From the NCBI RefSeq assembly GCF_001194135.2, contig NC_068989.1:43788410-43833386 (forward strand): a stretch of 44,977 nucleotides of DNA. Reading direction: 5' to 3'. Of the stretch, positions 10,126 to 20,150 are shown one piece after another. Numbering within the stretch: position 1 is the first letter of the stretch; the number at the start of each line of letters is the position of its first letter. The DNA is from Octopus bimaculoides. Taxonomy: Eukaryota. Made by a program: the position numbers and the translations under genes. The notes below the pieces were generated by a model. The model did not search any database. It was given only the letters and a program-made list of their open reading frames with translations, and had not been told where the DNA came from.

Positions 10126-11139
10126 ATTTCAAATTACATTATTTAATATTTCTATATACAGTACATTTTTGCTTGATTTTGATATCAGTTTCTTAACAGG
10201 GGTTTGAATCCTGGATGTGTACTCAGTCCCAGTTGCATTTGAACTTAGTTAAGGTGCTACATGATAGAATTGAACTTGAAACCAGGTGACTGAAAAAAGA
10301 TTTCCTACCCACACAACCATATTTGGTCCTATATGAATATTACAAAATGTTTCCTCTCTAAAGATGAGGTTAATAGTTCAAAAAATGATAATCTCATGAA
10401 CAACAACTCATCTCAGACATTTAGACATTTTGCATACATTACATTTGAAAGAAGAAACCCGGATAAAGTGGTCCACCATTCTAGCTCAGTGGATAAAAAC
10501 ATTTTTATTGACAGGATACTTAAGTATTAAATGGTTGACATTTTCTAAATGTTTCTCTAGAGAATGGCTTCTATAGAAAAGGTTTTAAATATCAGGAGAG
10601 TTTTTTTTTTATATATATGTATATATATGTTGGGTTTATATGAATGTTACTAGCTTGTTCTTGCTGTTGTTGTTGTACTTGTTATTGTGTAGCCTCTGGT
10701 CAGCTTGGACTGATCAATCCTACAAAATGCAGGTAATCGACAAAATGGCTAAATGTGAGCCATATATCTGGGTTTTTTTCCTCCTAGTTGTACCATGTCT
10801 TCACATAACTCAGGGCAGTACTGTACTTAAGTTTATGTTACTTTAAGATCATTGCAGTTCACTTGACGCATTGTAGTACAGGAGTAAAATAATAAATGAA
10901 ATGCTGAAAAATTTTCCAAAAACTCTATATTTCAGGCACAAAGGCCCACCTTCAGAAAGATACAGTCAAAGAAATGGGTGTCTATGCAGATCCTCCCATT
11001 TTGGACAGCTTGATCAATTCTGTGAAGTGGGTGGAATTCTTCACATACAGTGTTGACATACAGTGTTGACTTTCTTGCTAATGGACTGATTATATCCACA
11101 AGGAAGCGACTCAGTGGATGACATGCTTAACCTCTACAG

Positions 11140-11878
11140 CTCACTATACCTGGATGTATTAATAACAGTATAACAGTATTAATAACATGCACCAAGTATG
11201 GATTCAGGACATCTGTATACTGCAAGCCGACCTTCACTGGACAATACCTCAACTTCAATTCCCACCGTCGATACAGTGTAAAGAGAGGGATTGTTCAGTG
11301 CCTAAAACAGCGAGCAGAGAATATAACTAGTGATTGTGATACACACTACAAAGAAATGATCAAGCTCAATAACAATCTATTAAGTAACAACTACCCCAAA
11401 AACATACTATCCACTCCAATTATGAAGAAAAGAGAGGATGAAACCAATAAACTGTCCACAGTCTGTCTATCCTATGTGAAAGGCCTCTCCGAAAAGATAC
11501 AAAAGATATGCGGCCCATATAACATCAGGACAGTATTCAAGAGTAATAAACACTTCGCAAATATCTCCTTCGAGTAAAACCACCAATAGAAGAGAATATG
11601 ACCAAAGACTGCGTGTACTCTATCCCATGCAGTTGTGGTAGGTTATACAAAAGCAAAACATGTTGCCCCCTCAAAATAAGGGTAGACAACATCGCAAAGC
11701 TATGACACGAGGAGATATCGATAAATCAGGTATAGCTGATCATGTATGGAAAAATGGAGACCACCTCCCCCTGTGGGATGAAGTTAAAATAATAGACAGA
11801 GAACACCACTGGAAAATACGAAAACTAAAAGAAGCAGCACATATGCTGGGACTGAGTGCAGATATGAGTAGCATATAG
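11140..11878 (+). pseudogene. Penelope-type RT C-terminus and GIY-YIG endonuclease, frameshifted
   Basis: Open frame about 11188-11577, frameshifts near 11550 and 11690, then ORF 11660-11878; no Cys/His zinc-knuckle linker visible, which suggests the Poseidon/Penelope group. Confidence 0.85.
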
Positions 11879-11949
11879 GAACGAGTATTAAGGAAGGATA
11901 GGAAAATATTAGATTTATAAGCCCCAAAATTCACTCCGTAATTGCCCTC

Positions 11950-12022
11950 GGACATATGGTATAGTGGTTAAGAGTGCGGGCTACTAACCCCAAGATTCCG
12001 AGTTCGATTCCAGGCAGTGACC
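11950..12022 (+). promoter_or_regulatory. tRNA-derived head with intact Pol III A and B boxes, followed by (AAT)n at 12025-12047
   Basis: A box TGGTATAGTGG 11957-11967; B box GTTCGATTCC 12002-12011; acceptor stem does not pair, so not a tRNA gene. Confidence 0.8.
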
Positions 12023-12096
12023 TGAATAATAATAATAATAATAATAACACTGAAAAATACCTTAGGAATGATAACCCAGGTTCGAAATTTCCCCAG

Positions 12097-12142
12097 GACA
12101 CCTGATGAAGGCTGAAAGGTATATCAGCCGAAACGTTGTGTT
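12097..12142 (+). ncRNA. Minimal Penelope-type type I hammerhead, predicted cleavage after GUU at 12137
   Basis: Stem I GACAC 12097-12101 / GUGUU 12138-12142; CUGAUGA 12102-12108 plus an extra A; stem II GGCUG 12110-12114 / CAGCC 12125-12129; GAAA 12130-12133; palindromic ACGU stem III. Confidence 0.8.
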
Positions 12143-12312
12143 AACAAGATGTGTTAACTAGATGAGGACAAATATCTGTCAAATATCTGTCANNNNNNNN
12201 NNTGTTAACTAGATGAGGACAAATATCTGTCAAATATCTGTCAAATGTGAATAATGTAAATAATGTACATAATTCCTCATCTCTTAAATATAGAACTTTG
12301 TGTGTGTGCGTG

Positions 12313-12585
12313 AAGGTATATGGCTTAGTGGTTAGGGTGTTGCACTCACAATTGCGAGATCATGGATTTGATTCCCAGACCGGGCATTGCATTGTGTTGT
12401 TGAGCAAAGCACTTCATTTCACGTTGCTCTGTGATTATTTTGTCATCTGACATGTGGCACATGGTGCACCTGTACAGGTAATGTCGATTTGTTGGAGGGA
12501 GCGAGCTTATGTGAGCACAAACGTTTGATCACTATAAACAAATTATCTGTGTGGTTGTTCGGCAAGGATTTGCTGAACCCTCATA
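12313..12585 (+). mobile_element. SINE family B, 3' variant ii
   Basis: tggcttagtggttaggg head and ttgagcaaagcacttcatttcacgttgctc core, followed by a 3' part unlike 1878-2185. Confidence 0.75.
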
Positions 12586-12610
12586 CATCATCTAATGATG
12601 GGAGAGTCCA

Positions 12611-12641
<31 letters not shown>

Positions 12642-12647
<6 letters not shown>

Positions 12648-12785
12648 GGTGTACTCAAAAGAAACTGGAATTTTGCAATATTATTTCATTCACTTAGTTT
12701 TACATGTTTACACTTTTATCGCTATCAAATTATTCTCCATTTGAAGCAATGCATCAGTCCAGATGCATTTTTCTAATGTTCAAAG
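12642..12785 (-). mobile_element. Mariner 3' end fragment (rest lost in the N gap)
   Basis: TA-TGAGGG terminus typical of mariner TIRs; minus-strand LNIRKMHLD*CIASNGE*FD matches the mariner transposase C-terminus. Confidence 0.7.
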
Positions 12786-13481
12786 NNNNNNNNNNNNNNN
12801 NNNNNNNNNNNNNNNNNNNNNNNNNNNNNNNNNNNNNNNNNNNNNNNNNNNNNNNNNNNNNNNNNNNNNNNNNNNNNNNNNNNNNNNNNNNNNNNNNNNN
12901 NNNNNNNNNNNNNNNNNNNNNNNNNNNNNNNNNNNNNNNNNNNNNNNNNNNNNNNNNNNNNNNNNNNNNNNNNNNNNNNNNNNNNNNNNNNNNNNNNNNN
13001 NNNNNNNNNNNNNNNNNNNNNNNNNNNNNNNNNNNNNNNNNNNNNNNNNNNNNNNNNNNNNNNNNNNNNNNNNNNNNNNNNNNNNNNNNNNNNNNNNNNN
13101 NNNNNNNNNNNNNNNNNNNNNNNNNNNNNNNNNNNNNNNNNNNNNNNNNNNNNNNNNNNNNNNNNNNNNNNNNNNNNNNNNNNNNNNNNNNNNNNNNNNN
13201 NNNNNNNNNNNNNNNNNNNNNNNNNNNNNNNNNNNNNNNNNNNNNNNNNNNNNNNNNNNNNNNNNNNNNNNNNNNNNNNNNNNNNNNNNNNNNNNNNNNN
13301 NNNNNNNNNNNNNNNNNNNNNNNNNNNNNNNNNNNNNNNNNNNNNNNNNNNNNNNNNNNNNNNNNNNNNNNNNNNNNNNNNNNNNNNNNNNNNNNNNNNN
13401 NNNNNNNNNNNNNNNNNNNNNNNNNNNNNNNNNNNNNNNNNNNNNNNNNNNNNNNNNNNNNNNNNNNNNNNNNNNNNNNNN

Positions 13482-13524
<43 letters not shown>

Positions 13525-13529
13525 ATACA

Positions 13530-14470
13530 TCAAAAACAGAGAGATGATAGATTTTGTAGGATAGCAGAGAAGGTGTTTCAGATGTGGAAGCAAGGTCTGG
13601 AATCAAAGGGCCTTTGAGTTAATTTAGTAAAGATCAGAGTCCAAGTAAGTAGGAAAGCAGGCAAATTACTAATCCCTTCAGGGAGATGGCCCTGATCCAC
13701 ATGTAGGAAAGGTGCAGATAGAAATTCCATACAGTTTACCCAGTGCAAGCTTTAGACACATAAGAGGTGCAGTGGTATCACAGGAAGGTTAATAGAGAAA
13801 GTAATTTTTGTGAGTGGCAGGTATGCAGGTACAATAAACATCAAGAATGTTTAGGAAATAGACTTCCTCAGATGTTCAGGTGGATCCTTAGAAATAGTAG
13901 AAAGCTTTTATTACCTAGGTGACCTAGTTAGCAGTGGAGGATGGTCTGAAAGCATAGTTACTAGAATAAGAACAGGCAGGGCAAAGTCCACAGAGTTGGT
14001 AGCAATGGGCCTATCCCTCAGAGTGAAAGGTAGAGTGTATAATACCTGTTTGGACAACTATGCTACATGGCAGTGAAACATGGGCTGTAATTGAAGAGGG
14101 CATGTGAAGGCTTGAAAGAAATGGTAGTGAATCATGGGCTATAATTGATGAAGGCATATGAAGAAACGAATGCTCTAGTGTGCATGTATGCCAAAGTGTA
14201 AGTGTTTTAAGAGAGATATTGAGTATAAGAGGCATCACATATAGTGTGCAAAAGAATAGACTCTACTGGTATGGTCATGTGATGTGTATGGATAAGGACA
14301 GCTGCATAAGGAAGTTCTGATCTCTTATTGTGAAGGGAACCTGTGGAATAAGCAGACAAAGAAAGATGTTGGATGAAGTGGTGAGAAATGGTCTTCAGAT
14401 GATGAACCTCACTGAGGAGACGACAAAGAAACAAGACTTCTGATGTCTTTCTGTGTCTAAGAAGACTCGT
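13530..14470 (+). pseudogene. Decayed RTE-clade LINE ORF2 C-terminal part with a PHD-like zinc finger
   Basis: WKQGLESKGL*VNLVK, ESFYYLGD, TMLHGSETWA, RLYWYGHVMCMD and VKGTCGISRQRK motifs; several stops and frameshifts. Confidence 0.88.
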
Positions 14471-14505
14471 GAAACTAAGTAATATCATGGCAGATCATGC
14501 TCCTT

Positions 14506-14553
<48 letters not shown>

Positions 14554-14914
14554 TGTCCCCTCTCAAAACTCCCCTAAAACCCTTCTTCCACAAACTCCCC
14601 CCACCCCACCACCCATGATCACTACTCACTGCAGTCTCCTTCTGTCTCAATTATGTGCATATCTACACTCTTTCCATGCCCTCACATATACATATACCAT
14701 ACCCACCACCGTCACCACCACTCCAATTTCTGTCACCATCACTTGCTATTGTCACCTCTTCTCCATCTCTAAACATCTCCCTTCACACTCTTATGGAACA
14801 TCCTTCTTTCCCCTCTGTACAATTTATACTCCCTCCTGTTACCTGAGGGTAGATTCCACCCCACCCCCCGATACATCTCCAACACCAATTATTTCTTTCT
14901 CTCTCATTCTGGGG

Positions 14915-15256
14915 TAGCTAAGTATCTTGTCTTTAGTAAGACACCTGTCTCTATTCCTCTGTTATGCTCTAACCTCTCACCTGGCACAAAGCCACATCCC
15001 TCAGTTCCACTCCCTCTCCCAGCTGAGAACTTTTCATCTCATGTGTTACTTGGTGATCCTACTACTGTTGGTGCCACATAAAAAAAGCACCCGGTACACT
15101 GTAAAAAGGTTGGCATTAGGAAGGGAATCCAGCCATAGAATCCATGTCAAAGCAAACAATGAAGATTGGTGCAGCTCTCAGGCTTGTCAGTTCCTGTCAA
15201 ACCCTCTAACCCATGCTTACATGAAAGACAGACATTAAATGATGATGATGATGATG
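14915..15256 (+). mobile_element. D-type element with (ATG)n tail
   Basis: ggtgccacataaaaaaagcacc...ggttggcattaggaagggaatccagcc...aacccatgc...acattaaatgatgatgatg. Confidence 0.85.
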
Positions 15257-15482
15257 GTGGTGTAAATTAGCACTGTTGTCTCCCAGCATCTTACTCGCCA
15301 CTACCACAGCTTCCACTACCACAGCTTCCACTACCACAGCTTCCACTACCACTGTTGCCTGCTACAATGAGGAACGTTACTATTGGCAACTACCACCTTG
15401 TCAACAACTATCTACAAGGATATATACCATCAATGCCTTCTCAAACTACCATGACACTTACCACCATCACCAACTATGAAAA

Positions 15483-15725
15483 AAAGTAAAGGTAAAGTTT
15501 CCTTCTTGAGTCATACTGACTCATAAGGGCCGATTTTCCAGTTTCCATGGCATACATATTCCCCCACCCCTGGACGGGATGCTGATCCATCACATCCATC
15601 ACAGGATTACTCATTTTTGCCAGCTGAGTGGACTGGAGCAACGTGAAATGAAGTGTTTTGCCCAAGAACACACGTCGCTCAGTCCAGGAACTGAAATCAC
15701 AAGCTTACAATCATGAGCTCAACTT
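15483..15725 (-). mobile_element. SINE family B, 3' variant iii
   Basis: actcatttttgccagctgagtggactggagcaacgtgaaatgaagtg core on the minus strand; tail ...cccttatgagtc. Confidence 0.85.
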
Positions 15726-15764
15726 AACTTTTAAATAACCTAATCCTTATCTACTGGCTGCAAA

Positions 15765-15950
15765 CATGTACCATAATAAGAGGTTCTATGCTACAAATAT
15801 TGGTTGGAGGGTATATATGGACCATGATAAGAAGGTCCAGTCATATGAATCTTAGTAGAAGGATCTATAAGGGTGAACCATGATAGGAGGGTCAGTCATA
15901 AAAACAATGATAGGAGGGTCTATACATATGAATCATGTTCAGAGGGTTTA
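15765..15950. repeat. Degenerate minisatellite of about 28 bp (accatgataggagggtctatacatatga-like), about 7 copies
   Basis: Recurrent catgatar-gagggtc motif. Confidence 0.6.
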
Positions 15951-15999
15951 ATCGCATATTAAGGTGGGTGGGTTTTTACTGCTGATGTTACAGGTGGCG

Positions 16000-16310
16000 A
16001 TACAATTGATGTTCTTACTGTTTTAGTTCATGTGGCACATGATGTTACTGATGGTGTCAAAGTTGGTGTTACATTTGATGTTGTTGTTGTTACAGTTGGT
16101 GTTACATTTGATGTTGCTGTTGTTACAATTGGTGTTACAATTGATACAACTGACAGAGTTACAGTTGGTGTTACAGTTACTGTTACAGTTGGTGTTACAG
16201 TTACTGTTACAGTTGACATTACTGATGGTATTACAGTTGGTGTTACAGTTGATGCTGCTGCCATTACAGTTAGTGTTATAGTGATTGCTGTTGTTATTGT
16301 TTTAATTGAT
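16000..16310. repeat. GTTACA/GTTGGT-based cryptic repeat
   Basis: Near-identical block repeated at 16559-16767. Confidence 0.85.
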
Positions 16311-16558
16311 GCTGCGGCTGATAGTAATGAAGATGAGGCAAAGGACGAAAAGTTCGATGTGGTGAAGGAAAGAGAATTTGAAATGCAATTATGTTAATTC
16401 GTGTTAAGAATTCTAATTATGGTATACTTAGAGCTAGAACTTTTCCTCTTTACCTCCTCTCTCTCTACCCCACTCCCTCTCTCCCCCCTCCCCCTCTCTC
16501 TCAGAAACTCTTCCTCATCACTGCCAACCACTGCCACCACCACCACAANNNNNNNNNN

Positions 16559-16767
16559 CAGTTACTGTTACAGTTGACATTACTGATGGTATTACAGTTG
16601 GTGTTACATTTGATGTTGCTGTTGTTACAGTTGGTGTTACATTTGATGTTGCTGTTGTTACAATTGGTGTTACAATTGATACAACTGACAGAGTTACAGT
16701 TGGTGTTACAGTTACTGTTACAGTTGGTGTTACAGTTACTGTTACAGTTGACATTACTGATGGTATT
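16559..16767. repeat. Second, circularly permuted copy of the GTTACA block (174-bp period), between two 10-N gaps
   Basis: gacattactgatggtatt at 16576 and 16750. Confidence 0.8.
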
Positions 16768-17477
16768 NNNNNNNNNNCACCACTGCTATTATTGTCCTCT
16801 TTCTCCTCATTATCATCGTTATTGTTATCATCATCAGTATCCTCATCATCATCCTCGTCACCATCATCATTCCCACCACCACTGCTGCAACCACTACCAC
16901 CACCACTACCACCATTATCATTGTAATCGTTATCATCATCATCATCATCATCACTATTACCACTACTGTTTTACTACCACAAATACCACCACCACTACTA
17001 ATATCATTATCATCATCATCATATAATGTCCAGATTAATCTTTACTTCATTGCATGTATTTGCATAATCATCAACATTGCCAAAGCTGTGTCGGAAAGAT
17101 AATACTTCCTTTTTTTTTTACTGAGTCGAAATGTCAGAGTCTACACCCTGCTGTAAAGAATAGATGTCGACATACTGAAACAAGGCCTCTGTTTATCTTT
17201 CATTTTCTGCCCCTGTCCTCCGCCCTATACCAATTATGATTGATTTATAACATAGGGACAAATTTAGTGGGAAAGATATAGCTGAATAGATTAGTTATTT
17301 ATTTCTCCAAACCTGGAAAGATGAACAGCAAATATGGCCCCAGGCATGATTTAAACAAAGATTGTAAAGGAGTATAATGAAATAGCACAGTGTGTTTTTC
17401 TTTGGTTCCTTTGCTTCTCATATTATTGGTTTCAAAATTTAGCACAAGGCTAGCAGTTTAAAGAAAAAAATAAAATA

Positions 17478-17728
17478 AATGCACCCTTTTAAAGCCTAGC
17501 CAGGCTCATGGGCCCGGTTTCCTGGTTTTAATGGCGTATGCGTTCCCCAGCTGGACGGTATGCCAGTCCATCGCAGCGTTACTCATTTTTGCCAGCTGAG
17601 TGGACTGGAGCAACGTGAAATGAAGTGTTTTGCTTAAGAACACAACGCGTCGCCCGGTCCAGAAATCGAAACCACAATCTTACGATCATGATGCTGATAC
17701 CCTAACCACTAAGCCACACACCTCCACA
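17478..17728 (-). mobile_element. SINE family B, variant iii, young copy with CpGs retained
   Basis: Intact core and head: cacaacgcgtcgcccggtccagaaatcgaaacc...ccctaaccactaagccac. Confidence 0.9.
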
Positions 17729-17904
17729 TGCAATTTAAAGAGGTGGGGGGTAAATCAATTACATCAGCCCTGGTACATAAATGGTAGTTATTTTTATCGA
17801 CCCTGAAAGGATGAAAGGTAAACTCCACCTTGACAGAATTTGAAGTTAGAACATAAAGATGGACAAAATACTGCTAAGCATTTTGCCTGGTATGCTAATG
17901 ATTC

Positions 17905-18185
17905 TGGCTCATAAGGGCTGGTTTCCTGTTTTCATTGGTGTATGGGTTCCCCCACCTGGATGGGATGCCAGTCCATCGTAGGTGAGCTGCTAGATGCAGG
18001 AAGAAAGGGTAAGAGAAAGTTGTGGCAAAAGAGTCAGCAGAAGTTCACCCTTAGCTTCTACCGGAGCCACATAGAGCTTAAGGGTTTCGCTCTTAAACAC
18101 ACACATCCCCCAGTCTGAGATTCAAAGCCGCAATCTTTCAACTGCTAGTCTGCTGCTCTGACCACCAGGCCATGTGCCTCCACAA
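17905..18185 (-). mobile_element. B-related SINE with a variant-iii tail and a different middle
   Basis: Shares ggctcataagggc...gccagtccatcg tail and accaggccatgtgcctccaca head end; lacks the CORE segment. Confidence 0.65.
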
Positions 18186-18204
18186 CTCACCACCTTAGTT
18201 CTTC

Positions 18205-18352
18205 CTATTGATTTCAAAATTTAGCACAAGGTCAACAATTTCAAAGGAAGGAATAAGTCAATTAAATTAACTCCAGTACTCAACTGGTACTTATTTTTAT
18301 CAACCCTTAAAGGATGAAAGGCAAAGTTGATCTCAGGGGAATTTGAACTCAG
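18205..18352 (-). mobile_element. SINE family C, 3' two-thirds
   Basis: caactggtacttatttttatc...aaggatgaaaggcaaag...atttgaactcag. Confidence 0.8.
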
Positions 18353-18533
18353 ATGTGGCTGTGCGGTAAGAAGCTTGCTTCCCAACAATATGGTTCCATG
18401 TTTTCAGTCCCACTGTGTGGCATCTGGGGCAAGTGTCTTCTACTAGAGCCTCGGGCCAACCAAAGCTTTGTGAGTGGATTTGGTAGACGGAAACTGAAAG
18501 AAGCCCATCGTATATATATATATATATATATAT
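18352..18533 (+). mobile_element. SINE family A, left module running into (TA)n and an N gap
   Basis: Standard A head and body. Confidence 0.88.
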
Positions 18534-18702
18534 NNNNNNNNNNNNNNNNNNNNNNNNNNNNNNNNNNNNNNNNNNNNNNNNNNNNNNNNNNNNNNNNNNN
18601 NNNNNNNNNNNNNNNNNNNNNNNNNNNNNNNNNNNNNNNNNNNNNNNNNNNNNNNNNNNNNNNNNNNNNNNNNNNNNNNNNNNNNNNNNATAACAAACTA
18701 AA

Positions 18703-19220
18703 CTTGCAAGGTACCGCACAAGTGAAAATATATAGGAAAGAGGGTTTGTAAATGCAGAGGTCTTTTAAAGATGTTTATTGACTTGACCGGTTTCACTTTT
18801 TTTAAAAAAAGATTATCAAAAGTACAAATGTAAAGCTTTGTAAAAGCTTTGTTGTGTTAAAAATTGGTTATCATAATTGTATTAAAATACAGTTATACAG
18901 TCTTTCATAACGATAAGAAAATGTTAAAAAATAGAATCTTTGACAATGATAAGAAAATGTTAAGAGGGTTTTTGGTTAAGCAGTTTACATGAAAGTGTTC
19001 AAAATAGGTAGTAAAATAAATTTATAATTATTTTAAGTTCATCAAGAATCATAGTTGTATAGAAGCATATATACAGAAGGAATCATATTTAAGTATTTAT
19101 ACAGGATTTTAGGGGAATGACCAACCAGTCAAGTCAATAAACATCTTTAAAAGACCTCTGCATTTTCAAACCCTCTTTCCTATATATTTTCACTTGTGCA
19201 GTACCTTGCAAGGTACCGCA
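18703..19220. mobile_element. Foldback MITE with about 90-bp inverted arms
   Basis: 18703-18792 is the reverse complement of 19123-19212 with 2-3 mismatches; AT-rich spacer. Confidence 0.85.
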
Positions 19221-19305
19221 TAAAAGGATGAAAGGCAAAGTCAGCCTCGGCAGAATTTGAACTCAGAACGTAGTGGCAGACGAAATTTCCAGCTCACCAC
19301 CTTAG
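19221..19305 (-). mobile_element. SINE family C, head and core fragment
   Basis: aaggatgaaaggcaaagtcagcctcggcagaatttgaactcagaacg...ccagctcaccaccttag. Confidence 0.8.
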
Positions 19306-19324
19306 CTCCTTGTATTATTATCAT

Positions 19325-19558
19325 CAGAATGGCAGCTGGTTAGCAAAACCATTAGCACATTGCACAAAATGCTTTGCAGCATTTCATCCATTTCACTAAT
19401 TTCTGAGTTCAAGTCCCTCCAAGATCAACTTTCCCTTTCATTCTTTTTGGGCGTGGATAAAATAAGTACCAGCTGTGTACTGGGGATTGACATAATCAAC
19501 CAGCCCAGTTGCCTCCAAAGTATCAGGTCTTGTGCCTGTAGTAGAAAAGATTATTAAC
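19325..19558 (+). mobile_element. SINE family C
   Basis: Head ggcagctggttagcaaaacc, ctgagttcaag B box, ctttcattc...gataaaataagtaccag core. Confidence 0.8.
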
Positions 19559-19744
19559 AGAACATCACATCAGAAGTTTACAGAAATACGCTACTTAGAA
19601 TTATTAATTTAACTTCAAGAGTTGCTTCGGAGTAATTCTTTCGGAGAAGAAAAAATGTTTTTGTGTTGTTGACTTAATTGTAGTTTCAGGTTTACACTAA
19701 CTTGTTATATTGGAAGTCATCAGAGATCTATTAGGGGAGTATAT

Positions 19745-20150
19745 GGTATTGGTGGCGGTGGTGGTGGTGGTGGTGGCGGTTGTAGTGGTGATGGTGGTTA
19801 CAGGTGGTGACTGTTGCTGTGCTGGTAGTTATGACTGTAGTGGTAGTTGTTTTCATGGTGGTAGCAATGGCATTAGAGGCGGTGGTGGAGGTGGTTGTTG
19901 TAGTGGTGTTGCTGGTTGTAGTGGTGGCGATGATGGTAGTGGTGGTGGTCGCAGTGATGTTGGTGCTTGTGCTAGTATGGTTATTGGTGTACTATTGTTG
20001 TTGTTGTCTTTGGTGGGGGTGGGNNNNNNNNNNNNNNNNNNNNNNNNNNNNNTGGGGTGGGGTGGGGTGGGGTGGGGTGATAATGATGGTGGTGGCAGCA
20101 GTGACAAGGCTAGTGGTGATGGTAGTGGCAGTCATAGTAGTGGTAATGCA
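19745..20150. repeat. (GGT)n/(TTG)n low-complexity tract with an N gap
   Basis: Read directly. Confidence 0.9.

Larger units (their letters stand above)
11135..12295 (+). mobile_element. 5'-truncated Penelope-like element (RT thumb + GIY-YIG endonuclease, 3' terminal region with tRNA head and hammerhead)
   Basis: Translated motifs YLDVLI, VYCKPTFTGQYLNFNSH, VYSIPCSCGRLY...LKIR...HRKA...SGIADH...RKLKEA. Confidence 0.88.
17423..18198 (-). mobile_element. SINE family C (tRNA head + Deu/Nin-like core), interrupted by two B-type SINEs
   Basis: Tail ggtttcaaaatttagcacaagg at 17423, body atcgaccctgaaaggatgaaagg at about 17795, head remnant ctcaccacctta at 18186. Confidence 0.7.

Noticed and set aside
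11950-12022. Functional tRNA gene
   Set aside because: The acceptor stem does not pair; treated as a tRNA-derived promoter head.
12168-12244. Duplicated tgttaactagatgaggacaaatatctgtcaaatatctgtca around a 10-N gap
   Set aside because: Most likely an unmerged contig overlap, so not used as evidence of a tandem pLTR.
19670-19728. Minus-strand CTGATGA...GAAAC...GTC
   Set aside because: Neither stem I nor stem II can form.
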